DNA of 64,000 nt from Mobula hypostoma. Lineage: Eukaryota. The stretch covers positions 60,018,001 through 60,082,000 of the forward strand of contig NC_086108.1 of assembly GCF_963921235.1 (NCBI RefSeq), written 5' to 3'. Both the position numbers and the translations under genes were made by a program. How positions within the stretch are numbered: position 1 is the stretch's first letter; every line of letters begins with the position of its first letter. The notes below the pieces were generated by a model. It worked only from the letters and a program-made list of their open reading frames with translations, was not told where the DNA came from and made no database searches. Shown here piece after piece: positions 15,001 to 28,771 of this stretch.

Positions 15001-18000
15001 CAGGGAGTGACCCACTCAGGGAAATCACAGGGAATGACCCACAGAGGGAAATCACACGGAATTACCCACGCAGGGAAATCACAGTGAATGACCCATGCAG
15101 GGAAATCACAGGGAATGACCCACGCAGGGAAATCACAGATAATGACCCACTCAGGGAAATCACAGGGAGTGACCCACTCAGGGAAATCACAGGGAGTGAC
15201 CCATGCAGGGAAATCACAGGGAATGACCCACCCAGGGAAATCGCAGGGAATGACCCACCCAGGGAAATCACAGGGAATGACCCACAAAGGGACATCACAG
15301 GGAATGACCCACTCAGGGAAATCACAGGGAATGACCCACGCAGGGAAATCACAGGGAGTGACCCACACAGGAAAACAGAGGGAATGACCCAAAGAGGGAA
15401 ATCACAGGGAATGACCCATGCAGGGAAATCACAGGGAATGACCCACCAGGGAAATCACAGGGAATGACACACCAGGGAAATCACAGGGAATGACCCACAC
15501 AGGGAAATCACAGCGAATGACTCACTCAGGGAAATCACAGGGAATGACCCATTCAGGGAAATCACAGGCAATACCCAAACAGGGAAATCACAGGGAATGA
15601 CACACACAGGGAAATCACAGGGAATGACCCACAAAGGGACATCACAGAGAATGACCCACTCAAGGAAATCACAGGGAATGACCCACACAGGGAAATCACA
15701 GGGAAGGACCCACACAGGGACAAGGAATGACCACTCAGCAAAATCACAGGGAATGACCCACTCAGGGAAATCACAGGGAATGACCCACACAGGGAAATCA
15801 CAGAGAATTATCCACGCAGGGAAATCACAGGGAATGACCCACGCAGGGAAAGCACAGGGAATGACCAAAACAGGGAAATCACAGGGAATGACCCACGCAG
15901 GGAAATCAAAGGAAATGACCACGCAGGGAAACCACAGGGAATGATCCACGCAGGGAAATCACAGGGAATGATCCACCAGGGAAATCACAGGGAATGACCC
16001 ACACAGGGAAATCACAGGGATGACCCACTCAGGGAAATCACAGGGAATGACCCACTCAGCAAAATCACAGGGAATGACCCACACAGGGAAATCACAGGGA
16101 ATGACCCACACAGGGAAATCACAGGGAACAACCGACTCAGGGAAATCACAGGGAATGACCCACACAGGGACAAGGAATAAACCACCCAGCAAAATCACAG
16201 GGAATGATCCACGCAGGGAAATCACAGGGAATGACCACTCAGCAAAATCACAGGGAATGATCCACGCAGGGAAATCACAGGGAATGACCACTCAGCAAAG
16301 TAACAGGGAATGACCCATTCAGGGAAATCACAGGGAATGACCCAAAGAGGGAAATCACACGGAATGACCGACGCCGGGAAATTACAGTGAATGACCCACG
16401 CAGGGAAATCACAGGGAATGACCCACTCAGGGAAATCACAGGGAGTGACCCACTCAGGGAAATCACAGGGAGTGATCCACACAGGAAAACAGAGGGAATG
16501 ACCAACGCAGGGAAATCACAGGGAATTACCCACCCAGGTAAATCGCAGGGAATGACCCACACAGGGAAATCACAGGGAATTACCCACCCAGGGAAATCGC
16601 AGGGAATTACCCACCCAGGCAAATCGCAGGGAATGACCCACACAGGGAAATCACAGGGAATTACCCACCCAGGGAAATCGCAGGGAATGACCCACACAGG
16701 GAAATCACAGGGAATGACCCACACAGAGACAGGGAATAACCCACTCAGCAAAATCACAGGGAATGACCCACGCAGGGAAATCACAGGGAATGACCACTCA
16801 GCAAAATCACAGGGAATGACACATTCAGGGAAATCACGGGGAATGACCCAAAGAGGGAAATCACACGGAATGACCCACGCCGGGAAATCACAGTGAATGA
16901 CCCACGCAGGGAAATCACAGGGAATAACCCACTCAGGGAAATCACAGGGAGTGACCCACTCAGGGAAATCACAGGAAGTGACCCACGCAGGAAAATCAGA
17001 GTGAATGACCAACGCAGGGAAATCACAGGGAATTACCCACGCAGGGAAATCACAGGGAATGACACACACAGGGAAATCACAGAGACTGACCCACTCAGGG
17101 AAATCACAGGGAATGACCCAAAGAGGGAAATCACAGTGAATGACCCACGCCGGGAAATCACAGTGAATGACCCATGCAGGGAAATCACAGTGAATGACCC
17201 ATGCAGGGAAATCACAGGGAATGACCCACTCAGGGAAATCACAGGGAGTGACCCACTCGGGGAAATCACAGGGAGTGACCCACGCAGGGAAATCACAGGG
17301 AATTACCCACGCAGGGAAATCACAGGGAATAACCCACGCAGGGAAATCACAGTGAATGACCCATGCAGGGAAATCACAGGGAATGACCCACTCAGGGAAA
17401 TCACAGGGAGTGACCCACTCGGGGAATTCACAGGGAGTGACCCACGCAGGGAAATCACAGGGAATTACCCACGCAGGGAAATCACAGGGAATGACCCACA
17501 CAGGGGAATCACAGGGAATGACCCATACAGGGAAATCAAAGGGAATGACCACGCAGGGAAACCACAGGGAATGATCCACGCAGGGAAATCACAGGGAATG
17601 ACTCACCAGGGAAATCAAAGGGAATGACCACGCAGCGAAACCACAGGGACTGATCCACGCAGGGAAATCACAGGGAATGACCCACCAGGGAAATCACAGG
17701 GAATGACCATAACAGAGAAATTACAGCTAATGACCCACGCAGGGAAATCACAGCGAATGACCACGCAAGGAAATCACAGGGAATGATCCACGCAGGGACA
17801 TCGCATGGAATGACCCACCAGGGTAATGACAGGGAATGACCCACACTGGGAAATCACAGGGAATGACCCACTTAGGGAAATCACAGGGAATGACCCACAC
17901 AGGAAATCACAGTGAATGACCCGAACATCGAATTCACAGGGAATGACCCACGCAGAGAAATCACAGGGAATGACCCACGCAGGGAAATGACAGCGAATAA

Positions 18001-21000
18001 CCCATGCAGGAAAATCACAGGGAATGACCCACGCAGGGAAATGACAGCGAATAACCCACGCAGGAAAATCACAGGGAATGACCCACGCAGGGAAATCACA
18101 GGGAATGACCTACACAGGGAAATCACAGGGAATGACCCACGCAGGGAAATCAGAGGGAGTGACCCACTCAGGGAAATCACAGGGAATGACCCATTCAGGG
18201 AAATCATAGGGAATACCCAAACAGGGAAATCACAGGGAATGACCCACTCAGCAAAATCACAGGGAATGACCCACACAGGGAAATCACAGGGAATGACCCA
18301 CGCAGTGAAATCACAGGGAATGACCCACACAGGGAAATCACAGGGAGTGACCCACTAGGGAAATCACAGGGAATGACCCACACAGGAATATCACACGGAA
18401 TTACCCACGCAAGGAAATCACAAGGAATGACACACACAGGGTAATCACAGGGAGTGACCCACTCAGGGAAATCACAGGGAATGACCCAGAGAGGGAAATC
18501 ACACGGAATGACACACACAGGAAAATCACACTGAATGACCCATGCAGGGAAATCACAGAGAATGACCCACGCAGGGAAATCACAGGGAATGACCCACTCA
18601 GGGAAATCACAGGGAGTGTCCCATGCAGGGAAATCAGAGGGAATGACCCACTCAGGGAAATCACAGGGAATGACCCACACAGGGAAATCACAGGGAATTA
18701 CCCACCCAGGGAAATCGCAGGGAATGACCCACGCAGGGAAATCACAGGGAGTGACCCACTCAGGGAAATCACAGGGAATGATCCACGCAGGGAAATCACA
18801 GGGAATGACCTACACAGGGAAATCACAGGGAATGACCCACGCAGGGAAATCAGAGGGAGTGACCCACTCAGGGAAATCACAGGGAATGACCCATTCAGGG
18901 AAATCATAGGGAATACCCAAACAGGGAAATCACAGGGAATGACCCACTCAGCAAAATCACAGGGAATGACCCACACAGGGAAATCACAGGGAATGACCCA
19001 CGCAGTGAAATCACAGGGAATGACCCACACAGGGAAATCACAGGGAGTGACCCACTAGGGAAATCACAGGGAATGACCCACACAGGAATATCACACGGAA
19101 TTACCCACGCAAGGAAATCACAAGGAATGACACACACAGGGTAATCACAGGGAGTGACCCACTCAGGGAAATCACAGGGAATGACCCAGAGAGGGAAATG
19201 ACACGGAATGACACACACAGGAAAATCACACTGAATGACCCATGCAGGGAAATCACAGAGAATGACCCACGCAGGGAAATCACAGGGAATGACCCACTCA
19301 GGGAAATCACAGGGAGTGTCCCATGCAGGGAAATCAGAGGGAATGACCCACTCAGGGAAATCACAGGGAATGACCCACACAGGGAAATCACAGGGAATTA
19401 CCCACCCAGGGAAATCGCAGGGAATGACCCACGCAGGGAAATCACAGGGAGTGACCCACTCAGGGAAATCACAGGGAATGATCCACGCAGGGAAATCACA
19501 GGGAATGACACACGAAGGAAATCACAGGGAATGACCCGCTCAGGGAAATCACAGGGAATGACCCATTCAGGGAAATCACAGGGAATGACCCAAAGAAGGA
19601 AAGCACACGGAAAGACCCACGCCAGGAAATCACAGTGAATGACCCACTCAGGGAAATCACAGGGAATGACCCACACAGGGGAATCACAGGGAATGACCCA
19701 TACAGGGAAATCAAAGGGAATGACCACGCAGGGAAACCACAGGGAATGATCCACGCAGGGAAATCACAGGGAATGACTCACCAGGGAAATCAAAGGGAAT
19801 GACCACGCAGCGAAACCACAGGGACTGATCCACGCAGGGAAATCACAGGGAATGACCCACCAGGGAAATCACAGGGAATGACCATAACAGAGAAATTACA
19901 GCTAATGACCCACGCAGGGAAATCACAGCGAATGACCACGCAAGGAAATCACAGGGAATGATCCACGCAGGGACATCGCATGGAATGACCCACCAGGGTA
20001 ATGACAGGGAATGACCCACACTGGGAAATCACAGGGAATGACCCACTTAGGGAAATCACAGGGAATGACCCACACAGGAAATCACAGTGAATGACCCGAA
20101 CATCGAATTCACAGGGAATGACCCACGCAGAGAAATCACAGGGAATGACCCACGCAGGGAAATGACAGCGAATAACCCATGCAGGAAAATCACAGGGAAT
20201 GACCCACGCAGGGAAATGACAGCGAATAACCCACGCAGGAAAATCACAGGGAATGACCCACGCAGGGAAATCACAGGGAATGACCTACACAGGGAAATCA
20301 CAGGGAATGACCCACGCAGGGAAATCAGAGGGAGTGACCCACTCAGGGAAATCACAGGGAATGACCCATTCAGGGAAATCATAGGGAATACCCAAACAGG
20401 GAAATCACAGGGAATGACCCACTCAGCAAAATCACAGGGAATGACCCACACAGGGAAATCACAGGGAATGACCCACGCAGTGAAATCACAGGGAATGACC
20501 CACACAGGGAAATCACAGGGAGTGACCCACTAGGGAAATCACAGGGAATGACCCACACAGGAATATCACACGGAATTACCCACGCAAGGAAATCACAAGG
20601 AATGACACACACAGGGTAATCACAGGGAGTGACCCACTCAGGGAAATCACAGGGAATGACCCAGAGAGGGAAATCACACGGAATGACACACACAGGAAAA
20701 TCACACTGAATGACCCATGCAGGGAAATCACAGAGAATGACCCACGCAGGGAAATCACAGGGAATGACCCACTCAGGGAAATCACAGGGAGTGTCCCATG
20801 CAGGGAAATCAGAGGGAATGACCCACTCAGGGAAATCACAGGGAATGACCCACACAGGGAAATCACAGGGAATTACCCACCCAGGGAAATCGCAGGGAAT
20901 GACCCACGCAGGGAAATCACAGGGAGTGACCCACTCAGGGAAATCACAGGGAATGATCCACGCAGGGAAATCACAGGGAATGACCTACACAGGGAAATCA

Positions 21001-24000
21001 CAGGGAATGACCCACGCAGGGAAATCAGAGGGAGTGACCCACTCAGGGAAATCACAGGGAATGACCCATTCAGGGAAATCATAGGGAATACCCAAACAGG
21101 GAAATCACAGGGAATGACCCACTCAGCAAAATCACAGGGAATGACCCACACAGGGAAATCACAGGGAATGACCCACGCAGTGAAATCACAGGGAATGACC
21201 CACACAGGGAAATCACAGGGAGTGACCCACTAGGGAAATCACAGGGAATGACCCACACAGGAATATCACACGGAATTACCCACGCAAGGAAATCACAAGG
21301 AATGACACACACAGGGTAATCACAGGGAGTGACCCACTCAGGGAAATCACAGGGAATGACCCAGAGAGGGAAATCACACGGAATGACACACACAGGAAAA
21401 TCACACTGAATGACCCATGCAGGGAAATCACAGAGAATGACCCACGCAGGGAAATCACAGGGAATGACCCACTCAGGGAAATCACAGGGAGTGTCCCATG
21501 CAGGGAAATCAGAGGGAATGACCCACTCAGGGAAATCACAGGGAATGACCCACACAGGGAAATCACAGGGAATTACCCACCCAGGGAAATCGCAGGGAAT
21601 GACCCACGCAGGGAAATCACAGGGAGTGACCCACTCAGGGAAATCACAGGGAATGATCCACGCAGGGAAATCACAGGGAATGACACACGAAGGAAATCAC
21701 AGGGAATGACCCGCTCAGGGAAATCACAGGGAATGACCCATTCAGGGAAATCACAGGGAATGACCCAAAGAAGGAAAGCACACGGAAAGACCCACGCCAG
21801 GAAATCACAGTGAATGACCCACTCAGGGAAATCACAGGGAGTGATCCACGCAGGAAAACAGAGGGAGTGACAAACGCAGGGAAATCACAGGGAATTACCC
21901 ACCCAGGCAAATCGCAGGGAATGACCCACACAGGGAAATCACAGGGAATGACCCACGCAGGGAAATCACAGTGAATGACCCACGCAGGGATATGACCCAC
22001 GCAGGGATATCACAAGGAATGACCAACTCAGGGAAATCACAGGGAGTGACCCACTCAGGGAAATCACAGGGAATGATCCACGCAGGGAAATCACAAGGAA
22101 TGACCCACGAAGGAAATCACAGGGAATGACCCGCTCAGGGAAATCACAGGGAATGACCCACACAGGGAAATCACAGGGAATTACCCACCCAGGGAAATCA
22201 CAGGGAATGACCCACGCAGAGAAATCACAGGGAATGACCCACACTGGGAAATCACAGGGAATGACCCACGCAGGGAAATCACAGGGAATGACCCAAGCAG
22301 GGAAATCACAGGGAAGGACCCACACAGGCAAATCACAGGGAATGACCCACGCAGGGAAATCACAGGGAATGACCCACGCAGGAAATCACAGGGAATGACC
22401 CACGCAGGGAAATCACAGGGAATGACCCACGCAGGGAAATCACAGGGAATAACCCACGCAGGAAAATCACAGGGAATGACCCACGCAGAGAAATCACAGG
22501 GAATGACCCACACTGGGAAATCACAGGGAATGACCCACGCAGGGAAATCACAGGGAAATCACAGGGAATGACCCACGCAGGGAAATCACAGGGAATGACC
22601 CACGCAGGAAATCACAGTGAATGACCCGAACAGAGAATTCACAGGGAATGACCCACGCAGGGAAATCACAGGGAATGACCCACGCAGGGAAATCACAGGG
22701 AATAACCCACGCAGGAAAGTCACAGGGAATGACCCACGCAGAGAAATCACAGAGAATGACCCACACTGGGAAATCACAGGGAATGACCCACGCAGGGAAA
22801 TCACAGGGAATGACCCAAGCAGGGAAATCACAGGGAAGGACCCACACAGGGAAATCACAGGGAATGATCCACGCAGGGAAATCACAGGGAATGACCCACA
22901 CAAGGAAATCACAGGGAATGATCCACGCAGGGAAATCACAGGGAATGACCCACCAGGGTAATGACAGGGAATGACCCACACAGGGAAATCACAGGGAATG
23001 ACCCACTTAGGGAAATCACAGGGAATGACCCACACAGGAAATCACAGTGAATTACCCGAACAGAGAATTCACAGGGAATGACCCACGCAGGGAAATCACA
23101 GGGAATGACCCACTCAGGGAATTCACAGGGAAGGACCCACACAGGGAAATCACAGGGAATGACCCACGCAGGGAAATCACACGGAATGACCCACGCAGGG
23201 AAATCACAGTGAATGACCCACACAGGGAAATCACAGGGAATAACCCACGCACGAAAATCACAGGGAATGACCCACAAAGGGAAATCACAGGGAATAACCC
23301 ACACAGGAAAATCACAGGGAATGACCCACGCAGGGAAAGCACAGGGAATGACACAAACAGGAAAATCACAGGGAATGACCCACGCAGGGAAAGCACAGGG
23401 AATGACACAAACAGGGAAATCACAGGGAATGACCGACACTGGGAAATCACAGGGAATGACCCACGCAGGGAAATCACAGCGAATGACCCAAGCAGGGAAA
23501 TCACAGGGAAGGACCCACACAGGGAAATCACAGGGAATGACCCACGCAGGGAAATCACAGGGAATGACCCACGCAGGAAATCACAAAGAATGACCCACAC
23601 AGGGAAATCACAGGGAATGACCCATGCAGGGAAATCACAGGGAATGACCCACGCAGGGAAATCACAGGGAATAACCCACGCAGGAAAATCACAGGGTATG
23701 ACCCACGCAGGGAAATCACAGGGAATGACCCAAGCAGGGAAATCACAGGGAAGGAGCCACACAGGGAAATCACAGGGAATGACCCACGCAGGGAAATCAC
23801 AGGGAATGACCCACTTAGGGAAATCACAGGGAATGACCCACACAGGAAATCACAGTGAATTACCCGAACAGAGAATTCACAGGGAATGACCCACGCAGGG
23901 AAATCACAGGGAATGACCCACTCAGGGAATTCACAGGGAAGGACCCACACAGGGAAATCACAGGGAATGACCCACGCAGGGAAATCACACGGAATGACCC

Positions 24001-26383
24001 ACGCAGGGAAATCACAGTGAATGACCCACACAGGGAAATCACAGGGAATAACCCACGCACGAAAATCACAGGGAATGACCCACAAAGGGAAATCACAGGG
24101 AATAACCCACACAGGAAAATCACAGGGAATGACCCACGCAGGGAAAGCACAGGGAATGACACAAACAGGAAAATCACAGGGAATGACCCACGCAGGGAAA
24201 GCACAGGGAATGACACAAACAGGGAAATCACAGGGAATGACCGACACTGGGAAATCACAGGGAATGACCCACGCAGGGAAATCACAGCGAATGACCCAAG
24301 CAGGGAAATCACAGGGAAGGACCCACACAGGGAAATCACAGGGAATGACCCACGCAGGGAAATCACAGGGAATGACCCACGCAGGAAATCACAAAGAATG
24401 ACCCACACAGGGAAATCACAGGGAATGACCCATGCAGGGAAATCACAGGGAATGACCCACGCAGGGAAATCACAGGGAATAACCCACGCAGGAAAATCAC
24501 AGGGTATGACCCACGCAGGGAAATCACAGGGAATGACCCAAGCAGGGAAATCACAGGGAAGGAGCCACACAGGGAAATCACAGGGAATGACCCACGCAGG
24601 GAAATCACAGGGAATGACCCACACAGGAAATCACAGTGAATGACCCGAACAGAGAATTCACAGTGAATGACCCACGCAGGGAAATCACAGGGAATGACCC
24701 ACGCAGGGAAATCACAGGGAATAACCCACGCAGGAAAGTCACAGGGAATGACCCACACTTGGAAATCACAGGGAATGGCCCGCGCAGGGAAATCACAGGG
24801 AATGACCCAAGCAGGGAAATCACAGGGAAGGACCCACACAGGGAAATCACAGGGAATGACCCACGCAGGAAATCACAGTGAATGACCCGAACAGAGAATT
24901 CACAGGGAATGACCCACGCAGGGAAATCACAGGGAATGACCCACGCAGGGAAATCACAGGGAATAACCCACGCAGGAAAGTCGCAGGGAATGACCCACGC
25001 AGAGAAATCACAGGGAATGACCCACACTGGGAAATCACAGGGAATGAACCACGCAGCGAAATCACAGGGAATGACCCAAGCAGGGAAATCACAGGGAAGG
25101 ACCCACACAGGGAAATCACAGGGAATGATCCACGCAGGGAAATCACAGGGAATGACCCACGCAGGAAATCACAGTGAATGACCCGAACAGAGAATTCACA
25201 GGGAATAACTCACGCAGGGAAATCACAGGGAATGACCCACGCATGGAAATCACAGGGAATAACCCACACAGGGAAATCACAGGGAATGACCTACACAGGG
25301 AAATCACAGGGAATAACCCACGCAGGAAAATCACAGGGAATGACCCACGCAGAGAAATCACAGGGAATGACCTACATAGGGAAATAACAGGGAATGACCC
25401 ACGCAGGGAAATCACAGGGAATGACCCACTGAGGGAATTCACAGGGAAGGACCCACACAGGGAAATCACAGGGAATGACCCACGCAGGGAAATCACACGG
25501 AATGACCCACGCAGGGAAATCACAGTGAATGACCCACACAGGGAAATCAGAGGGAATGACCCAAACAGGGAAATCACAGGGACTGACCCACGCAGGGAAA
25601 TCACAGGGAATGACCCAAACAGGGAAATCACAGGGAATGATCCACGCAGGGAAATCATAGGGAATGACCACGCAGGGAAATCACAGGGAATGATCCACGC
25701 AGGGAAATCACAAGGAATGACCCACACAGGGAAATCACAGGGAATGAACCAAAGAGGGAAATCACACGGAATGACCCACACAGGGAAATCACAGTGAATG
25801 ACCCATGCAGTGAAATCACAGGGACTGACCCACGCAGGGAAATCACAGGGAATGACCCACGCAGGGAAATCATAGGGAGTGACCCACTCAGGGAAATCAC
25901 AGGGAATGACCAACGCAGGAAAATCACAGGGAATGACCCACTCAGGGAAATCACAGGGCATGACCCACACAGGGAAATCACAGGGAATTACCCACGCAGG
26001 GAAATCACAGGGAATGACCCACGCAGGGAAATCACAGGGAATGACCCAAACAGGGAAATTACAGGGAATGACCCACGCAGGGAAATCACAGGGAATGACC
26101 ACGCAAGAAAATCACAGGGAATGATCCACGCAGGGAAATCACAGGGAATGACCCACCAGGGTAATGACAGGGAATGACCCACACAGGAAAATCACAGGGA
26201 ATGACCCACGCAGGGAAATCACAGGGAATGACCACGCAAGAAAATCACAGGGAATGATCCACGCAGGGAAATCACAGGGAATGACCCACCAGGGTAATGA
26301 CAGGGAATGACCCACACAGGAAAATCACAGGGAATGACCCACGCAGGGAAATCACAGGGAATGACCCACGGAGGGAAATCACA
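1..26383. repeat. Giant 27-bp minisatellite/satellite array (consensus CAGGGAAATCACAGGGAATGACCCACG), about 980 units, with higher-order duplications
   Basis: The unit is directly visible and continuous from base 1 to ...gagggaaatcaca at 26383, followed by abrupt unique sequence. Variation is concentrated in the ccNNNNag part (cacg/cact/caca/catg/aaag), and there are recurrent 26-nt units and other indels. Confidence 0.99.
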
Positions 26384-26515
26384 TCAGGGCTCGAGAGTGG
26401 CTTCTGCCCATATGTGTTCAAGGTGATGCAAAAATGATAATTTTCTGCAGTTTGTCAAAAATGAACTTCAGTTATGTTATTGAATTTTTAAATAATAATC
26501 TTTCATTCTTCTCAG

Positions 26516-26681
26516 ATAGTACATTATTCCTCACTGTAGGCGATATACCATTGGAATTCATGCAAAGGCAAGGGGCTATTTAGCTGCAGTAAAAAATATG
26601 AGCCACTTAAGCTAATCAAATGCCCTGGCTCTCAGCCCATACTTTGTGTAGGAGTTACAAGGAAGCAGGTTCACAGTTCTG
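26516..26681 (+). pseudogene. Candidate host exon A (unidentified protein)
   Basis: Acceptor tttcattcttctcag| and perfect donor G|gtaagt; 166 nt, phase 0 to 1. Reads IVHYSSL*AIYHWNSCKGKGLFSCSKKYEPLKLIKCPGSQPILCVGVTRKQVHSS. It is fully open if the alternative acceptor tcctcactgtag| (exon start 26540) is used. Confidence 0.45.
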
Positions 26682-26805
26682 GTAAGTGAGGCAGAAGACA
26701 TTGATTATGAATAAGCCCATTAATCATTTATTTACAGTCAAACAGAAAAATATTCACTATAAGTTACACAAACTACAGTACTAAACATTCAGTAACACTT
26801 CAAAC

Positions 26806-27113
26806 TTTCTTTCTCCCTGGGCCTCATGTCCCATGATCCTCCCATATCCCTTTTGCCAATCAACTGTCCAGCTCTTGGCTCCATCCCTCCCCCTCCTGTC
26901 TTCTCCTGTCATTTTGTATCCCCCCCTCCCCCTCCCCCTCCCACTTTCAAATCTCTTACTAGCTTTTCTTTCAGTTTGCCCTGACGAAGGGTCTCAGCCC
27001 GAAACGTCGACTGTACCTCTTCCAATAGATGCTGCCTGACCTGTTGCGTTCACCATCAACTTTCATGTGTGTTGCTTGAAATTCCAGCATCTGCAGATTT
27101 CCTTGTGTTTGCG
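26806..27113 (+). mobile_element. Penelope-like element 3' end / pseudo-LTR fragment
   Basis: Close reverse-complement match to 57165-57440, the 3' end of the RT/GIY-YIG Penelope element in this window (cccatgatcctc...ctgacgaagggtctc...gatgctgcctg...gttgcttga...ccagcatctgcag). Confidence 0.85.
26977..27013 (+). ncRNA. Minimal hammerhead ribozyme motif in Penelope pLTR (stem I damaged)
   Basis: CTGACGA-A-GGG-tctcag-CCC-GAAA-CG-TC-gactg. The core and GUC triplet are intact, but the 5' stem I strand reads tgcc instead of agtc. Confidence 0.55.
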
Positions 27114-27332
27114 GTACTTCATTAAGTCTCCCCAAGTTGCACAGCTACAAAACTAAACATTCAACAAACAGATACTTAGCTAAGTGTACGTGTGGGCCTC
27201 CAATATCTGCAGCACACTTTTCCAATGGTTCATCAGCACTGGCCACAACCTCAGTGTGAAGATGAGTGCCTGAAAACAAAGGGAAGCCCCTGAGATACCT
27301 GACACTGGACACTGGTGCCATGGCACACAAGG

Positions 27333-28768
27333 CATAAGAACATAAGAAATAGGAGCAGGAGTAGGCCATCTGACCTGTCGAGCCTGCTCCACCATACAAT
27401 TCATGGCTGATCTGACCATGGACTCATCTCCACCTACCTACCTTTACCTCATAAAGCTTAATTCCCCTACCATGCAGAAATCTATCCAACCATGTCTTAA
27501 TACTGAGGTAGCCTCCACTGCTTCATTGGGCAGAGAAATCTACAGATTCACCACTCTCTGTCTCCGAATCTTGAGGTTATGTCCCCTAGTTCTAGTCTCA
27601 CATACCAGTGGAAACAACTTTCCTGCCTCTATCTTATCTATGCCTTTCGTAATTTTATATGTTTCTTTAAGATCTCTCCTCATGCTTCTGAATTCCAGTG
27701 AGTACAGTCCCAGGCAACTCAATCTCTCGTCATAGTCTAACCCCCTCATTTCTGGAATCAACCTGGTGAACCTCCTCTGAACTGTCTCCAAAGCCACTAT
27801 ATCCTTCCTCAAGAAAGGAGACCAGAACTGCACACAGTTCTCTAGGTGCGGCCTCACCAGTATCCTGTACAGTTGCAGCATAACCTCCCTGCTCTTAAAT
27901 TCAATCCTCCAGCAATGAAAGCCAACATTCTATTTGCCTTCTTGATAGCTTGCTGCACCTGCAAACCAACCTTTTGTGATTCATGCACAAGCACTCCCAA
28001 GGCCCCCTGCACAGCAGCAAGCTGCAATTCTTTACCATTTAAATAATAACCTGCTCTTTCATTTTTCCTTCCAAAGTATATGACCTCACATTTACCAGCA
28101 TTGTACTCCATCTGGCAGACCCTTGCCCACTCACCTAACCTATCTATATCTCTTTGCCGACTCTCTGTATTTTCTGCACAATTTGCTTTTCCACTCAGTT
28201 TAGTATCATCAGTAATCTTGAATACCCTACACTCAATTCCCTCTTCCAGATCATTCATGCATATCATGAACAGTTGCAGGCCCAGCACTGAACCCTGTGG
28301 CACACCGCTCACCACAGATTGCCAACTAGAGGTACACCCATGTACCCCAGCTCTCAGCTTTCTATTAGTTAAACAACCATCTAGCCATGCTAATACATCC
28401 CCAAACCTATGCATCCTTATCTTATGGACATCTTTTATGTAGCACCTTATTGAACGCCTTCTGGAAATCCAAGTAAATAATGTCCATCTGTTCCCCTCTA
28501 TCCACTAGGCTCATTATATCCTCAAAGAACTCCAGTAAGTTTGTCAAACAGGACCTGCCTTTGCTGAACCCATGTTGCATCTGCCTGATGGATCCATTTC
28601 TTTCCAGATGCTTCGCTGTTTCTTCTTTATTGATAGCTTCAAGCATTTTCCCAATTACAGATGTTAAACTAACTGGCCTATAGTTACCTGCCTTTTGCCA
28701 ACATCATTTCTTGAACAGTGGCGTGACATTTGCCGTCTTCCAGTCTGCCAGGACCTGCCCAGAGTTCT
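27333..28768 (-). mobile_element. CR1 LINE 'A', 3' part (RT C-terminus + 3' UTR), degenerate
   Basis: The (ttcttatg)n tail appears as cataagaacataagaa at 27333. ORF pieces: QHGFSKGRSCLTNLLEFFE, DFQKAF, SGVPQGSVLG, LVRPHLENCVQFWSP. Confidence 0.93.
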
Positions 28769-28771
28769 CTC

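Noticed and set aside
223..26182. Dozens of ORFs with 9-aa repeats (GKSQGMTHA, REITGNDPR, WVIPCDFPA, GSFPVISLR)
   Set aside because: A 27-nt unit leaves several frames open on both strands. Frequent 26-nt units switch frames every few hundred bases and no frame is preserved, so it is not a repetitive protein gene.
1..26383. CRISPR-like array (constant repeat with variable part)
   Set aside because: The variable part is only a few nucleotides drawn from a small recurring set, there are no unique spacers or cas genes, and the context is vertebrate.
1..26383. G-quadruplex or NF-kB site array
   Set aside because: GGG runs are separated by 8- and 13-nt loops with a competing CCC. GGGAAATCAC and GGGAATGACC both miss the GGGRNWYYCC consensus.
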